Under the pieces are notes generated by a model. That model was given only the letters and a program-made list of their open reading frames with translations, was not told the origin of the DNA and did no database searches. Below are positions 10,477 to 23,338 of a stretch of 64,000 nt of DNA, piece after piece. Source of the DNA: Amoebophrya sp. A120. Lineage: Eukaryota; Protista; Dinoflagellata. The stretch lies in assembly GCA_905178155.1 (NCBI GenBank), contig CAJINV010000017.1, forward strand, positions 1,232,722 through 1,296,721, read 5' to 3'. Numbering within the stretch: the first letter of the stretch is position 1; each line of letters starts with the position of its first letter. Made by a program: the position numbers and the translations under genes.

Positions 10477-13400
10477 ATGGCCGACGTTGCTTCTCCGGCT
10501 GCAGCTGAAGAGGTCGCTATTGCTATTGGCTACGAGTACGACGATGACGACGGGAACTACAGCCTAGATGCCGGTGCTGGTGCGCAAGAGGAAGCATACG
10601 CCGCGGATCACGATGTGGACGCACAGCCTACACAGGTCGACATCAACCGATTAGCGCGACTGGAACGCGAACAGAGGGAGAAGTATCTTTCTATTTTCAA
10701 GATGTGTCTCCTGTCATGTTTGTAGTTGAAAAAGGAAAAGCTCACCACTCTTCTAGTCTTTTGCAGTTGAGTTGTAGTGCACCAGAGGACCACCCGTTCC
10801 CGTCGTGAAGTAGAAAGAACACCAATACTCACCCCGAAAAAAATCAAATCTTGTTGATCTTCACTATCAGGCTTAAGATCCTGCAAAACCGCATTGGATT
10901 ACTTCGGAACCAAGAACAAAGATGCTGGAAAGACATCAGCCGCACGCAAAAACAGGCGGAAACGCAGGAGATCGGGGAGGCGGTGCGGGAGGAACGAGTG
11001 ACGATTGCGATGCAAGTCCACGAAGACCTCGTACAGCTGTATGAGAGTAAGAAGGCGAAGGTACTGAAAAGGCAAAGGGCATCAAAGTTTTGTCGCCCGA
11101 TACAGATACACCAGGCGGCCGATCATAGTGCGTGTCTTGTGTCAGAACGCCCATGCGGAAGTGATTATTTTTTTTCTTGCGAAAGTACAGCTGCACACCA
11201 TTTCATCTATTCGACTGATAATTCTAGGCCGCCGAGGTTCGTGCTGACCTTGCGGAAAACAAGGGCGTGAACAAGGCCGTTTTATTGGAAGAAGCCGCAA
11301 TCATCGGAATGGAGGTCAGAGATCAGAAACTACGCGATGAAGACGAACTCAGAATGATGAAAGAGCTGGAAGTAGAAGACAAAAAAGCAAAGGTATAGAC
11401 TTACTTTCATGCAGATTATTTCCCACAGCCACAGCTCTGCCTCTGTTAGAAGGGTTTTGCTTCTATAAGATGGTGTTTATTATGTGATGTATCGCACGTG
11501 GCAAGAAGTTGAAATTCAAATTCCATTTCATAATAATATTCCCGGAAAAATAATCATCATCCACCTGCAGGCGATCTTCGTTCAGAGTGAACGGGTGGAG
11601 CGGAAAGAGCGCCGCGAGCTGGAGTTGCACCTGCTGGAAGAAGCAAGGCGACGGGACAAGGAGGAGTCTTACCTTTCCGTGCTCCGGGATGTGGAAGCGC
11701 TCAATGCGGAAATCGAGGTTAGATTGAGCTGATTTCTTGTCAGGCACAAGAACCGATTTATTCTCGTTTTATCTCTCACTCTCTAATCCATTTATTTTTC
11801 ACGCATGACAAACAGAAAGTAAAAGTTTCTTTCCCTCACCCTGGTCCACCGCTTTAACCGCTTCTCTTTACTATCACAGGAAGCCGAACGGCTCGAGCAG
11901 GACGCCTTGCAGCGGCTCCAGCACTCGCAGAGCATGCGCGACAATTTTCTGCACCAGAGCAGTGTCAGTTCCGAGACGAGTAAGAGGTCCAATGTGCCGC
12001 CGTTGTCTGCCCGGATCAACACGGCCAGGAACCAACACCGGTCCACGGGTGCGACGTTCGGACAGCCACCGCACGTGCCCACGAGCACCAGTAGCAGGAA
12101 GAGCAGTTTTTCCTTCAAATCAGCAGTCAGCGGAAATGCGACACCGGTACTAAATGTAAATGGCACGACAGTGAGAAAGCTTCAAAACGGCGTAGCCACG
12201 ACCTTGAACGCCAGAAGCAGGGTGGGGAGTGCAGGTTCTACGGGTACTAGTTCATCTCAACAGCATTTGCCACCAAGGCTGGTGCAGCAGCAAGAACAGC
12301 AGATGAGGAAAAATTATGGGTACCAACAAGAACAGCCGCTTTCGGAGCAGCACAGTCTGCTCTCCGAGACCTCTTTACTTCAAACCCCACGCAGCACCAC
12401 CTCCGAGCACCAGCATCGGACCAGGCAAGCAGGGACCAGATCCGGTCCGCCGGTGCAGCACGTGCAGGCACAGCCAAAACCAACACCTCCGCATCATCAA
12501 ATCGTGAAAACTATAAACCAGACCAGAACTTCGCAAAATTATTCGCCGAATTTAGTGCCGAAGAACTCAACGCCACATAATTACGTCGGTTCTTCCCCTC
12601 TATCAAAAGCGAATCGGATGAAGGAGATTTTGCAAAGAGAAAGACGAGCTTCACAATCACAGCACCAGGGAACAACTACGAGCAATTCCGCATCGAAACT
12701 TGGCACAACGAGCACTGGTTCCAAAAGACCTTCCCAAACCACTTCTACAAGCACTACCCCACGGGGCAAGAACAGCTTTCGCCCGCCAGCGCGAAGCAGT
12801 TACGAACGAACCATCTCGCAAAACAGGCACCTGCATCAGGCGTTTGTGGCGTCTTCGAGCGCGGCGGCGGGAACAAGTACTACAGGCAGAAACCACGGTG
12901 GAGCAGGTGGAGCGATCAAGGTTCGGGACCACGTGGCTACCATTCCAAAACTGAAGATAAGCAGCGAGGTCGCGAGTAGATCAACATCAAGGGAGCAAGA
13001 AGTTGTGCAAGGACGAGATTTTCATGAAACCATTACGGGGATGAGTACTACAGAATTCGGAAAATTCACCTGTACAACAACTCCAAGGGGCGGAACTACC
13101 GCGTCAGCATCTTCGTCAGCAGCAGCACCACGACCCGATGATTTGTATCAGCAGCAGGATGATCAGCGCGTTCGAGCGTATCCTCAAAAAATGCTGCCGA
13201 CGCAGGGTTTCGTCCGAGGAGCAAAGCAGTCCCCCCGAGTAACAAGAAATCCGTCGAGAAATGTAGAGGTTGAAAAAGTGCCGTTTTTGGAGGAGCTAGG
13301 TAGCCATGCCGGAGGGCAGCACTCTCGGTCTTCTACTTCTGAGCATCCAGGAGATTATAGCAGTGCCATTCGCGTCAAACGTCAGAGTCAAGAAAATCAC

Positions 13401-15059
13401 TCCAAATCTTCCTCTGGCGGTGCTCTGTCCTTCACCACGACCTCGTCTAAAGAGCACGAATTGATGAGTCACGAAAATAATCCTGAGGAGTCGACGTTCC
13501 TTCAAGTCTACCACAGTCCGCAAGACAGCGTCGGAGAAGTTGTACCAGATGGACAACTAGTAGTACAAGATGGCAGAGGAGGACTTCTTGGTCAACATCA
13601 CCAACATGTTCTGGAACCGGTTCGCGAGGTGCAAACCCCAGACGAGGAAAACTCCTGCTCCATGCTGGAACCGCAGCACAAAAGCTCTGCGCGCGGTGGA
13701 TTTTATTCGGCTGGTGGTCAGCCCAACTTTAGTGTCCAGTCCGCGCCTGACGGGGTCAACATCGGTACTAGACCAAGATTGCAAATCAACCAACCGCACA
13801 TCAGAGACCATCTCGGGGGAGGAGCAGGAGGGAGTGGCAAATCAAGTACAACTGGCGCAAATAAGCGGTTGAATGCTTGGGGGTTAACACCCAAAGCCTC
13901 CTCGTCGAGCTCTGGCACTTGTTCCGACGACAACAATCAGGCGTTCTTTTTGCAAGACGAGAAGGAACAGGACCAGAAGTACCAAAAATTCTCCAGCCAC
14001 TCTTACGCGGAGGGCGTGACAAACAACTCCAAATACGAGTACTACAACGCGTCTCCCAGAACGAAAATCGCCGACGTTGTGAAAGCCTTCACGGAGGGAC
14101 GGCCAATCCGGAGGCTGTTGCAGCAGCAAAGTGGCGAAAACGTAGTTCTTGGCCGAGGAGGCGAAGGGGAGAAGAAACCACCAGCATCCTCAAGGCGCCC
14201 GCTGGATGACGACGTGCTTCTCGAAGCTGAGGTAGTGCCGGATGAAGATGATCTTCTAGTTTCACATGATCAAGAACAACTGCAAAAACCAGCTCAAAGG
14301 AATTCATCGTTGCCTGGTCGTGGAGAAATAAATCCTTCGAGCACAGCAACTTGCTGGGATTTTCTCTCCCCGCGGCAAAATTTGACGCCAAGAGAAGTTG
14401 TAAAAACCTCCGCCGGGCCAACGGTGACGCATTGCGAAACATCAGAGGAGGCTCGTCCTGCGAGAGCTACTTCGTCAATAGGAATAGCTTCCACGACACG
14501 TCCAAGTAGATCCGGCGCAGCAGTTCTCCAAAGCACGCAAGCTTACTACAAATCATTGAATTTGCCGAACAAGAGTGACCAAACGACGAACCACAACTCT
14601 TCCTCTGCTACGACTGTCGCGAACACGGAGTACGATACAAGCTCGTCGGCAGAGAACTTGCTTGAAGGAAGTGGCACCGGCAGTGGGCTTGCAGCGAAAA
14701 ATAAATCACAGCACACTAATTTATTTCCGGCGCCTTCGTACCAGGCCCCGCCCGAGCCGGCTAGAGAGGAGATCGCGTCGCCCAGAAGGCATGTAATTGG
14801 GAGCACGCAAACCGGAGCAGCTTTCTCGACTACTAGTGCCTCCGCGGCCAGCGCAGCACCGGCCGGCGTTGCTTTCCTTCGCAACATCTTCAAGTGCACC
14901 AGCGCAACCAGCCCGCAGCACGACACGAGTTTCTCGGTCGGCTCGCACTCCGCGATTGATGATGACGGCAACTCGCACCGGGAGCCGGTGACCTACGCGG
15001 GCAAAACGTGGATGATGGACGAAAGTGAAGATGAGCTCGGGATCAGCGATGGCTCCTAA
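10477..15059 (+). CDS. Uncharacterised protein: N-terminal coiled coil plus ~1,000-aa S/T/Q-rich tail; exons 10477-10682, 10871-11060, 11228-11392, 11571-11717, 11880-15059
   Basis: Four phase-compatible GT-AG introns give one continuous frame (REK-LKILQNRIGLLRNQEQRCWKDI..KKAK-AAEVRADL..KKAK-AIFVQSE..AEIE-EAERLEQDALQRLQ), with E/K/R/Q heptad-like composition. Confidence 0.75.
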
Positions 15060-16048
15060 TTCATGTTATCCGAAAAGTAAATTGTAAATGTAAAAATTAT
15101 GTTTCAAAAATTCCGACGAGGACGTTGCTACCACCAATAAAGCCAGATTTTATATAAAACGAGAAGAATTGCTAGTCGAATAATTAGAAGTGTCACAGAT
15201 GACCAACTTATCACTTGAGGATAATATCACAGCCCATGTACTAGAAGAAACAAGCATTCTTGTGTGCATAATTGTACGATAAGGACATCAGAATAATAGC
15301 TAAACCGAAAAATCGCATACATCAAACATAGTGCATCTGCATGAAAATAATTTGCATGATTTGAAAAAACACTTCTTCACTATGCGCTCCTGGCTGTAAC
15401 CTATCCGCAACACGCGGGAGCCTTCGGGCAGCACTGGTGTTCGCATTCTGGATCCGTCTAGATCAAGATGAAAAGTGCTTCAGATCTTCTCCGACTTCTG
15501 CGTGCACATGCGCATAGCACTCGAACTTCTGGACCAAAAGAAACAAGAATCTTTAGCATTAGCAGCTTGAAAACTGCTGTATTTAGTTTTTCACTTTACT
15601 TTTCGAGACTCTTTCTCTTTTCTTATCAGTGAGCCAGCGCTACGCTACTTTAAGACAATTTCCTTGATGTTTTTTTGGTTTCTAAAGTTACATTTCGATC
15701 TTCTCCCGTAACTACTTACATACTAGTAAACATTTGGAAACCTCCCGAGGACACGCACTGATGACTCTGCTTGGTGCAGCAGCAGCTCGGAGGACGTCGG
15801 CGGCAAGAAAATCATGTCTCTCAGCGGTTCTGTTTGCCTGACTCAGCCAGGTAGTCAAAGGAATTCTTGCTGCTCCTCTGCACACCAGCCGCAGACAAGG
15901 ACAGGCGCCATTGGGGATAGGCCGAGGACGAAACTAGCGGTACTGGCGTACAACTAGACGCGACCATCCCGCAGTTCTTTCTCCCATCGTCAGACCCCTC
16001 GTCCGGGCTTTAATTTCTTGCGTATTAGAACGCAATAAGTGCCAGATC

Positions 16049-19000
16049 ATGGAAAAATTTGCGAAAAAAGCGACCAACAAGATGAACAAAATGGTTGGAC
16101 TCAGCCGCGGGGAAGGAAAGTATTTCCAGACCACGAAAAAAGGTAACAAATGTGTTATCAGTTCGCGTTCGACCTCCTCCACCTCCTGATATTAGAAGAC
16201 TAGATGTTTTGCAACCATCACTACGCGGCGCAGTCATCTTTATTTGATGATGTAAGTATTGCGGAGTTTAGCTCAAAATTTGTGATGCAAAATTACCTAC
16301 TCCAGGCGAAATTCACGAGTACAAGGAGGAGCTTCATCTCCACGATGAGTCCAAGCGGATGGAAGCCGTGAAAAAGGTAATAGCGGCGATGACAGTGGGG
16401 AAGGACATGTCACCGCTGTTCCCCGATGTGGTGCAAAGCATGCAGACCACAAATGTCGAACTGAAGAAGCTGGTATTGTTCAAAGCCGCAGTTATGTTCA
16501 CTTTGTCTGGCATTTTTTGATGTTGTAGACCACTCTACAAACTCTATGTCATGGCCCCGCATCATGGTTGTTGTAATCTTCGTGCCAATGACAGCACAGC
16601 CGCAGGCGTAACATGATGAAAAACTAATTATAATCCAGGTCTACCTATACATCATCAACTACGCCCGCACCCAACCCGAGCTGGCCCTGCTTCCCGTGAA
16701 CAGTTTCTGTAAGGACACCCAGGACCTGAACGCCTTGGTCCGAGCATTGGCCGTCAGGACCATGGGCTGTATCCGGCTGGACCAGATTGTCGAGTATCTA
16801 CTGGAGCCGCTGAAGAGGTGTTGCCAGGACTCCGACCCTTATGTGAGGAAAACCGCAGCGATATGTATTCCGAAGGTAAAAATATGAATTGACTTCGTAC
16901 TACAAGCTCTTTCCATAAAACGTGCATGATGCGTGTCTCGTGTGGATCATCCGTGTAGTGGAAATACGAATTGGGCCATGCATTTCAACTAGAAAGACGA
17001 TGAACCTGTACGAAGCCTCTACTCGATAATCCCACCACCACACGATCACAGGTTTACGACATCAACCCGGACCTCGTCGAGGACCAAGGTTTCGTGCCAA
17101 CGATGCTTCAAGACATGCTCGGTGATTCTAACCCGATGGTGGTCGCCAACGCGGTTGCCGCTTTGTCCGAAATCTCCGAGGCGAAAGGGCGAGATTACCT
17201 CCAACTCGACAGGGACGGCGCAGTGGCGAAACTCCTGACGGCGCTCAACGAGTGCACAGAGTGGGGACAGATCTTCATCCTCGACGCACTGGCCTCGTAC
17301 TAACCACTTTCTAAAATTGGCGGATCACCTCATCATGCCTGTACTAGTGAAAAGCTTGCTTTCCGACTGAGGGGTCGTGAAGGCGTTTCTGTGCTTCCCC
17401 CGCAGATGTGCTTTTTTTAATATTGTACTGCGCATGATCTTGTTCACATAGACGATGACGAATGCTCTCTATTTCTACGTGCAACTACCAGCGGCGCGCT
17501 ACAAGAAGTCAATGAATTTAAACCTAAGAAAGAAACTCGAAACCAACAGCTACGCCCCGAAGAACATGAAGCGCGACGCTGAGCAGATTGTCGACCGCGT
17601 AACCGCCCGTCTGTCCCACGCCAACGCGTCTGTCGTGATGTCGGCGATCAAAGTTGTTCTAACCTTCATGGAGCACATCGACAACCAGGAAACTCTAAAA
17701 ACCTTGATGAAGAAGCTCACCGCGCCGCTGATGACGCTCCTCTCTTCCGAGTCGGAGCTCCAGTACGTCGCGCTGCGAAATATCTACCTCATCGCGCAGA
17801 AACGGCCCGGGATCGTGACCACGGACGTGAAAATATTTTTCGTGAAGTACAACGACCCGGTGTACGTGAAACTCGAGAAGATAAAGTTGATGGTGATGCT
17901 CTGCTCCGACAGGAATTCGGATCAAGTGCTGCAAGAGTTCAAGGATTACGCGCAGTCCATGGACACGGAGTTTGCGAAACGAGCCGTGCGGTCAATCGGG
18001 AACGTCGCTCTCAAATTCGAGTCCGTGTCGAACAAGTGCATCGCGGTCTTTTTGGAATTGATTGAGACGAAGATCCCGCACGTGATTCAGGAATCCGTGG
18101 TCGTGATAAAAGACATTTTCCGCAAGTACCCCAGTCAATACGAGGCGGTCTTAGCGGCGTTGTGCGACTCCTTTGACCTGTTGGACACGACGGAAGCAAA
18201 ATCGGCAATGATCTGGATTCTGGGTATTGTATAAGTGCAGCCTATTATAATTGGGACATTGATATTAATTCAGAAACGCGTCTTGTTGATATAATTGTCT
18301 GCTTGCAGAAAGAGCACAAACATACGTAGACGTATGGCCGTGGGAGCTACGCCTACGCATCTTCCCGCTTTACGAAATGAGCCTAAATTTGTAGGTGTTT
18401 TAATTCAAACTATGTGTAAGAAGTACAACAATACATACTCGCAGGTGACTACGCGGAGCGAATCGACAAGGTTGAGGACATATCAGATGCAAAAATATCG
18501 TACCCGTACTAATCGCAGTAATGCATGACAAATCCGGTCTCTTAGCTACATCTGCATGACAAAGTCCAGCTTTCTTCTTGCCAAAATTTGTCATGCGACT
18601 CATACTAGTACGATACTTTTGCAATGCATAGGACATCCTGGACTCCTTTGTCGAGGAGTTTCACGACGAGCCGGCGCCGGTGCAGCTCCAAATCCTCACC
18701 GCCGTCGTGAAATTGTTTCTCAAAATGCCAACCCAGACGCAAAACATGGTGACCAAAGTCTTGAAGATGGCCACGGAAGAGTCGGAAAATCCGGATCTGC
18801 GGGATCGCGGGTACATTTACTGGCGATTACTGCACAAAAACCCGGAAGCGACAAAGAGGGTGGTGTTGGGGGACAAGCCGCAGATCCGGTCGGAAATGCA
18901 GGCAATGGACAAACAGACGCTGAACGCGTTGATTCCCCAGCTGAGCTTCATGAGCAGCGTTTACCACGTATTTACAGCTAGAGGCTGTTTTTATTTTTTT

Positions 19001-20581
19001 TTTGAAAGTAGGTTAGAAATAGAATGGAGTTAGTACTGCTAATATGTGATTGGTCAACATCGTGATGGAGTTTTTCATCTTTGTAGTCGTGCCGGGGCGC
19101 ACTTTGATTAGACATAGTCAGTGAAGATACGGAATTATCTTCGCCGCACTGATTTTATTACTATTGAAAACGCAAAACAGCAACTTCCCGAGGAGTTCAT
19201 TACGCGAGTTCAATTGAATCCAAGAGACGACGACGATGAGGACTACGACGACGAAAATTACGGCGACAAAATTAGCAGAATGAAAGGTAAAGAGAACTTG
19301 CACTTGGCATGAATGAGAATTACTTATGTCGCCTCTTTTTTACCTTTCTGAGCTGTCTTGTGAGGTTTCCGGTTGCAACGAAGTTTTGGCTTCACGATCA
19401 CGCTTGTAGCAAACTGGTCGGTCAGACAAGTTATTTTGGTCCTACATTTGGATATGTAATACAACTAAACATGACATTATCAATTCCCACAGGCGAGCTT
19501 TCCAAGCCTGCGGAGTTCAAGGAAAAAGTTTCCGGCGGCGACCTCCTCGACCTCCTGGATATGGACGGGGACGGCGGCGCCACTCCGACCGGCGGTCAGC
19601 AAACGCCCTCAAATGTGCAGAAGCAGCAGGTGCTCGCCGCCACCCAGCCGGGGCAGAACAAGTCTACCGGTTTGGAAATCCAGGGGTGCATAACGAAAAG
19701 CGGTGCCGGTGCCAATCTCTGTTTGACGATCAAAAACTCGTCCCCCAACCCGCTCGCCGGCGACAAGTTCGCGATCCAGCTGAACAAGAACGCCATCGGG
19801 TTCTATGCAGTGAAGCAGCTCGCGCAGGTGATGCCGAGTATAGTGCCAAGCGGGGGAAGCTGCGACGTGGAAGTGCCACTGATGGCCGGGAAACCGGAGC
19901 TATTGGTGAGCGAAGTCCCCCCGAGCGCGCAACACACGTTGCAGCTGCAGGTGGCGATCAAGTGCCAATTGGACATCTTCTATTTCACGCAGCCCTTCGA
20001 TGCGAGGGCGATTCTGGAGAGTGGGAAGGACTGGGTATAAAACTTGAAGAAGCTACTTTTCTGTTGTAGCATTTGCACGCCGCTGCATCAGAATAATAAA
20101 TTATGATGCGTGGTGCGCGCCGTGACTTCTACTAGAGCTTTAGCCTTTATTCGAGTTCTGCAGCTATGAGATCATAATCATCGTGTTCCCTCAATGAATT
20201 CTATGAAACCACTACCACTTTTTTCAGGTCGACCGCCAGCGCTTCATGGCGCAGTGGCAGGCGACCGAATCCAGGCAAGCCCAGCGGGTGTACCTCTACG
20301 GGCCGGGGAAAGCGCTGGACGCGAATGACTTGCTTACCAAACTCCTCGACGATATAGGGTTTTTCTTTGTCGCGAAAAACAACAGCAACAACTGCAGCTA
20401 CTACGCGGGGCGGTATTCCCACCAAGGCACGGGCTCGGATTCCGGGTTCCACTACGCACTGCTGGAGTGCTGCATGCAGAACCAAATGATTCGCATCAAC
20501 GCGCGCTCCACACAGCAGGGCATGCCGCCAGTCTTGCACACCACCTGTGTAAACGCGCTGGGGATAAAGCCGAAGCAGTAG
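16049..20581 (+). CDS. AP1B1/AP2B1-like: Adaptor protein complex beta subunit (AP-1/AP-2 beta-adaptin); exons 16049-16142, 16306-16472, 16639-16875, 17052-17296, 17550-18223, 18445-18476, 18632-18967, 19181-19286, 19493-20034, 20228-20581
   Basis: Hallmark motifs [104 protein letters not shown], hinge clathrin-box-like DLLDLLDMD, appendage [11 protein letters not shown] and LQVAIK. Eight GT-AG introns plus one likely non-canonical intron (18477-18631). Confidence 0.95.
18480..18631. mobile_element. MITE-like introner (152 nt) in beta-adaptin with terminal inverted repeats and GAC target-site duplication
   Basis: 5' end atatcagatgcaaaaatatcgtac versus reverse complement of 3' end ctatgcattgcaaaagtatcgtac: 18/24, ungapped from the terminal base. 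Inner perfect IR gcatgacaaat (18523-18533) / atttgtcatgc (18586-18596). Flanked by gac at 18477-79 and 18632-34. Confidence 0.75.
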
Positions 20582-21762
20582 CAAGGATCATGGACTCGTT
20601 GACTTTGCCCGAAAATGAAGTCTTGTTTCATCTTCAGCAAAATAAAATTCTCAAAAACCCTAGCATAATTGCGACAAATAAAAAGAAGTCGAAGTGGCGA
20701 CACAAATTGTGTGTCAAATCATACGACCCAGAGAAAAAAACATACCACCAGGCTTTTTTTCTCTGATCCAAGACCTGCTTCCCGAAACCAAAAGGCAAAG
20801 ATCCTCAGTTTCAGGAAGAAACAGCAGTTCTTGGCGAGAATTGTTGAAGTACGATTTTTTTTCCCCATATCCCCGAGGATGATACCCTCATCCTTTAACC
20901 CGCAGTGATAGTCGACATATTTCTTCAACAATGAGGTACACAGTTAACACAAGATCAGGAAGAAAATAAAAATGAAGTAGAAACTACTGGCACCCGCACG
21001 ACCGTGGAAGCACTTGTTGAGAAGTAGCCGAAAGGAGCTTCAGGCTGTTCCTTTTGCCGCTACCGGGGGAGCAGAAAAATATTAAAGTGATGGCAAAACA
21101 GCGAGCACACACAACTTTCTGTTTTGAGCTTCTGTCTCGTTGGTTTGCCTGTGCCACAAGGAGTTCCGCGTAGTCGTTGATCCTGTTGATTTGCCTCTAT
21201 GGTAGACGTCTCGCCGCCACAGTGGATCGGCAGTTTTTTGTGAAGATCAGCAACTATAAAAATTAAAGAACTACTGTTAGACGAAATACAAGGAAGATCG
21301 GATAAATGAACTCGGATCTTCTGCAACTGCCTTCGAGCTTGACAAAAGTGTGCTAAAAAGTAGAGGAGCAACAGATTCGATTCATTCCCTGGTGAAAATG
21401 AGGATGCGGTGCATCAAGATCGAGAAAAAGATCATGATTTCGTTTGAGTGTGCTTCTGCTGCTCCACAACTAGACTACAAGGTGTACGCAGAAAATGAAG
21501 ATATAGATCCTCTACTTCCTGTGCTGCATGTTCCTTGGCTTGTGCTTGTGCTATTCTAGTAAATAAATTGTGTTCCTGCTACTTCGTGTATGAACAAATC
21601 TAAAATCAAAATTTGAACACAGGATGTTCGATGTTGATGCGAGGCCCCACGACATAGATTCGTTTCTTATCCGTTTTCAATAGCAACTCTGGTTCTAGAG
21701 GTTTTTTGTTTGTTTAGATTCTACAACGTCGCAGTCGCAGTCACCTACTTCTGAGCAGTAAA

Positions 21763-22914
21763 ATGACATCAGTTCCAGTAGACCTCAACAATCCGCCAGC
21801 AGCTGAGGCCATGTCCTTTGCCAACAAGCGGCCATGTAGTTCTTCCCCTCAAGAAGCGACAACAGCCGTAATATCGCCCCGCCCTACGGCTCGCCCAACA
21901 ACTCTCCCAGCAGCAGGTCTTGAACTAAACCAACCAGCGATATTACAAAACCCCCCAGCCACGACGTCGTTTCAGTCCTACCTCCTGCTCCACAATGTGG
22001 GGAAAAAGCAAAATTTCGGTCAGCTCCTCCGCTCAGCTATGGCGTTCGGCGTGACCGAAGTGGGCGTGGTGGGTGCGAAAAAGATTGCCGATTTGCAACT
22101 GTTCGGCAACCAGGGGACCTGTTCGCACTGCGATTTCCGGTTCTTTGATACGTTGCATGACGCGAAAACGTACTTCTGCGAAGAGAAAAACGCGGAGCTG
22201 TGTGGGATTGAAATTTCCAACACGTCGAGACCGGTCATTGCGAAAATGATGACGACACGACAGATGAATTATCTTCGAAATTGTAAAGACGGTGGAGGCA
22301 GCACCAGCAGCAGCTGCAGCAAAAACAGAAATTGCGACACGAAACTACAACCACAGCAGGAATATACCACAAATTATGAATCCAAAGCAGATGCAGATGC
22401 AGGCGAGAATCTGGAGGCACAGCAACCGGAATCCCGGTCCCTCTTCCAGATGCACTTTCCCTTCACCAAATCCACGGTTTTTATGCTCGGGAACGAGGGC
22501 TCTGGGATGTCGGAGCAACAAATCAAAATCTGCGACTTTTTGGTCCACATTCCCCAGCACTCGAAGAAAACAGCGTCGCTTAACGTCGCCGTCGCCGGGT
22601 CCATTGTGTTGCACCACTTCGCAATTTTCGCGGATTTTGCCGAAACCGGGATAATCGGGGAGAAGTTTGAGCTGGAAGAACCCCGGAGCAAAGTGGACAA
22701 ATTCAAAAACCCCACAGACGCGGAAAAACAGGAGATCGAGCGCAAGAGGCAAATGAGGAAAAGAAAAAGGGAAGAGGTAGAGGACGATTGTGTTGAAGGT
22801 GGGGGTGTAGCTGTTGTTGTTGACGGGGCGCAATTACCAGACGACCAAATGATCGTAGACTCTGAAAGTCCTGCTGGACCCGAGCCCTCTGCTTCTGAGT
22901 ACGGCGGTGCATAA
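21763..22914 (+). CDS. SpoU/TrmH-family (SPOUT) tRNA/rRNA 2'-O-methyltransferase
   Basis: Motif 1 LLHNVGKKQNFGQLLRSAMAFG, motif 2 VFMLGNEGSGMS, motif 3 VHIPQH..TASLNVAVAGSIVLH; a ~65-aa low-complexity insertion lies before motif 2. Confidence 0.9.
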   Translation: MTSVPVDLNNPPAAEAMSFANKRPCSSSPQEATTAVISPRPTARPTTLPAAGLELNQPAILQNPPATTSFQSYLLLHNVGKKQNFGQLLRSAMAFGVTEVGVVGAKKIADLQLFGNQGTCSHCDFRFFDTLHDAKTYFCEEKNAELCGIEISNTSRPVIAKMMTTRQMNYLRNCKDGGGSTSSSCSKNRNCDTKLQPQQEYTTNYESKADADAGENLEAQQPESRSLFQMHFPFTKSTVFMLGNEGSGMSEQQIKICDFLVHIPQHSKKTASLNVAVAGSIVLHHFAIFADFAETGIIGEKFELEEPRSKVDKFKNPTDAEKQEIERKRQMRKRKREEVEDDCVEGGGVAVVVDGAQLPDDQMIVDSESPAGPEPSASEYGGA

Positions 22915-23338
22915 AAATGATCAGCACGATGAACACGACGTGATCCAATGAAGCTAACAGTGCCAATGCGTCAAGGATCAGACTAAGTATAATTGAGACG
23001 GTATCTTTATGGGATTCTTCAAGAAGCGCTACTCGCTCCGCTTGGAGCCAAGACAACTTTTGTTCATCGGTCTGCGGGACCATTTTGCGTTGCTGCGTCT
23101 TCCCATCTTTTGAATATCGCTGTTGTGTTGGTGAAGATGATGATGAATATGCTTCGGGTTCGGTCGTCTGTGTCTCCATCGCTCTTTCACTTTCATGTCG
23201 TGATCAGGATTTGTTCATAACTACAAAGAAATAAAAGACGCAATGAAGATCATATCGTTAGTCACAGCACATTCTCCGTCGTCCTATCAATTAGCCCATA
23301 TGCAACGCAGATTTGCTGTTGTTCGAAAACCGACAAAG

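Noticed and set aside
18224-18444. Neighbouring beta-adaptin intron as another TIR element (gtattgt / acaatac)
   Set aside because: Only 7 nt, not at the 3' terminus, and no codon duplication; an ordinary GT-AG intron.
18480-18634. AT-AC or GTATCC termini as U12-type introns (also 40044)
   Set aside because: Donors read atatcag and gtatccag, not RTATCCTT, and no TCCTTAAC branch site is visible; the TIR/TSD model fits better.
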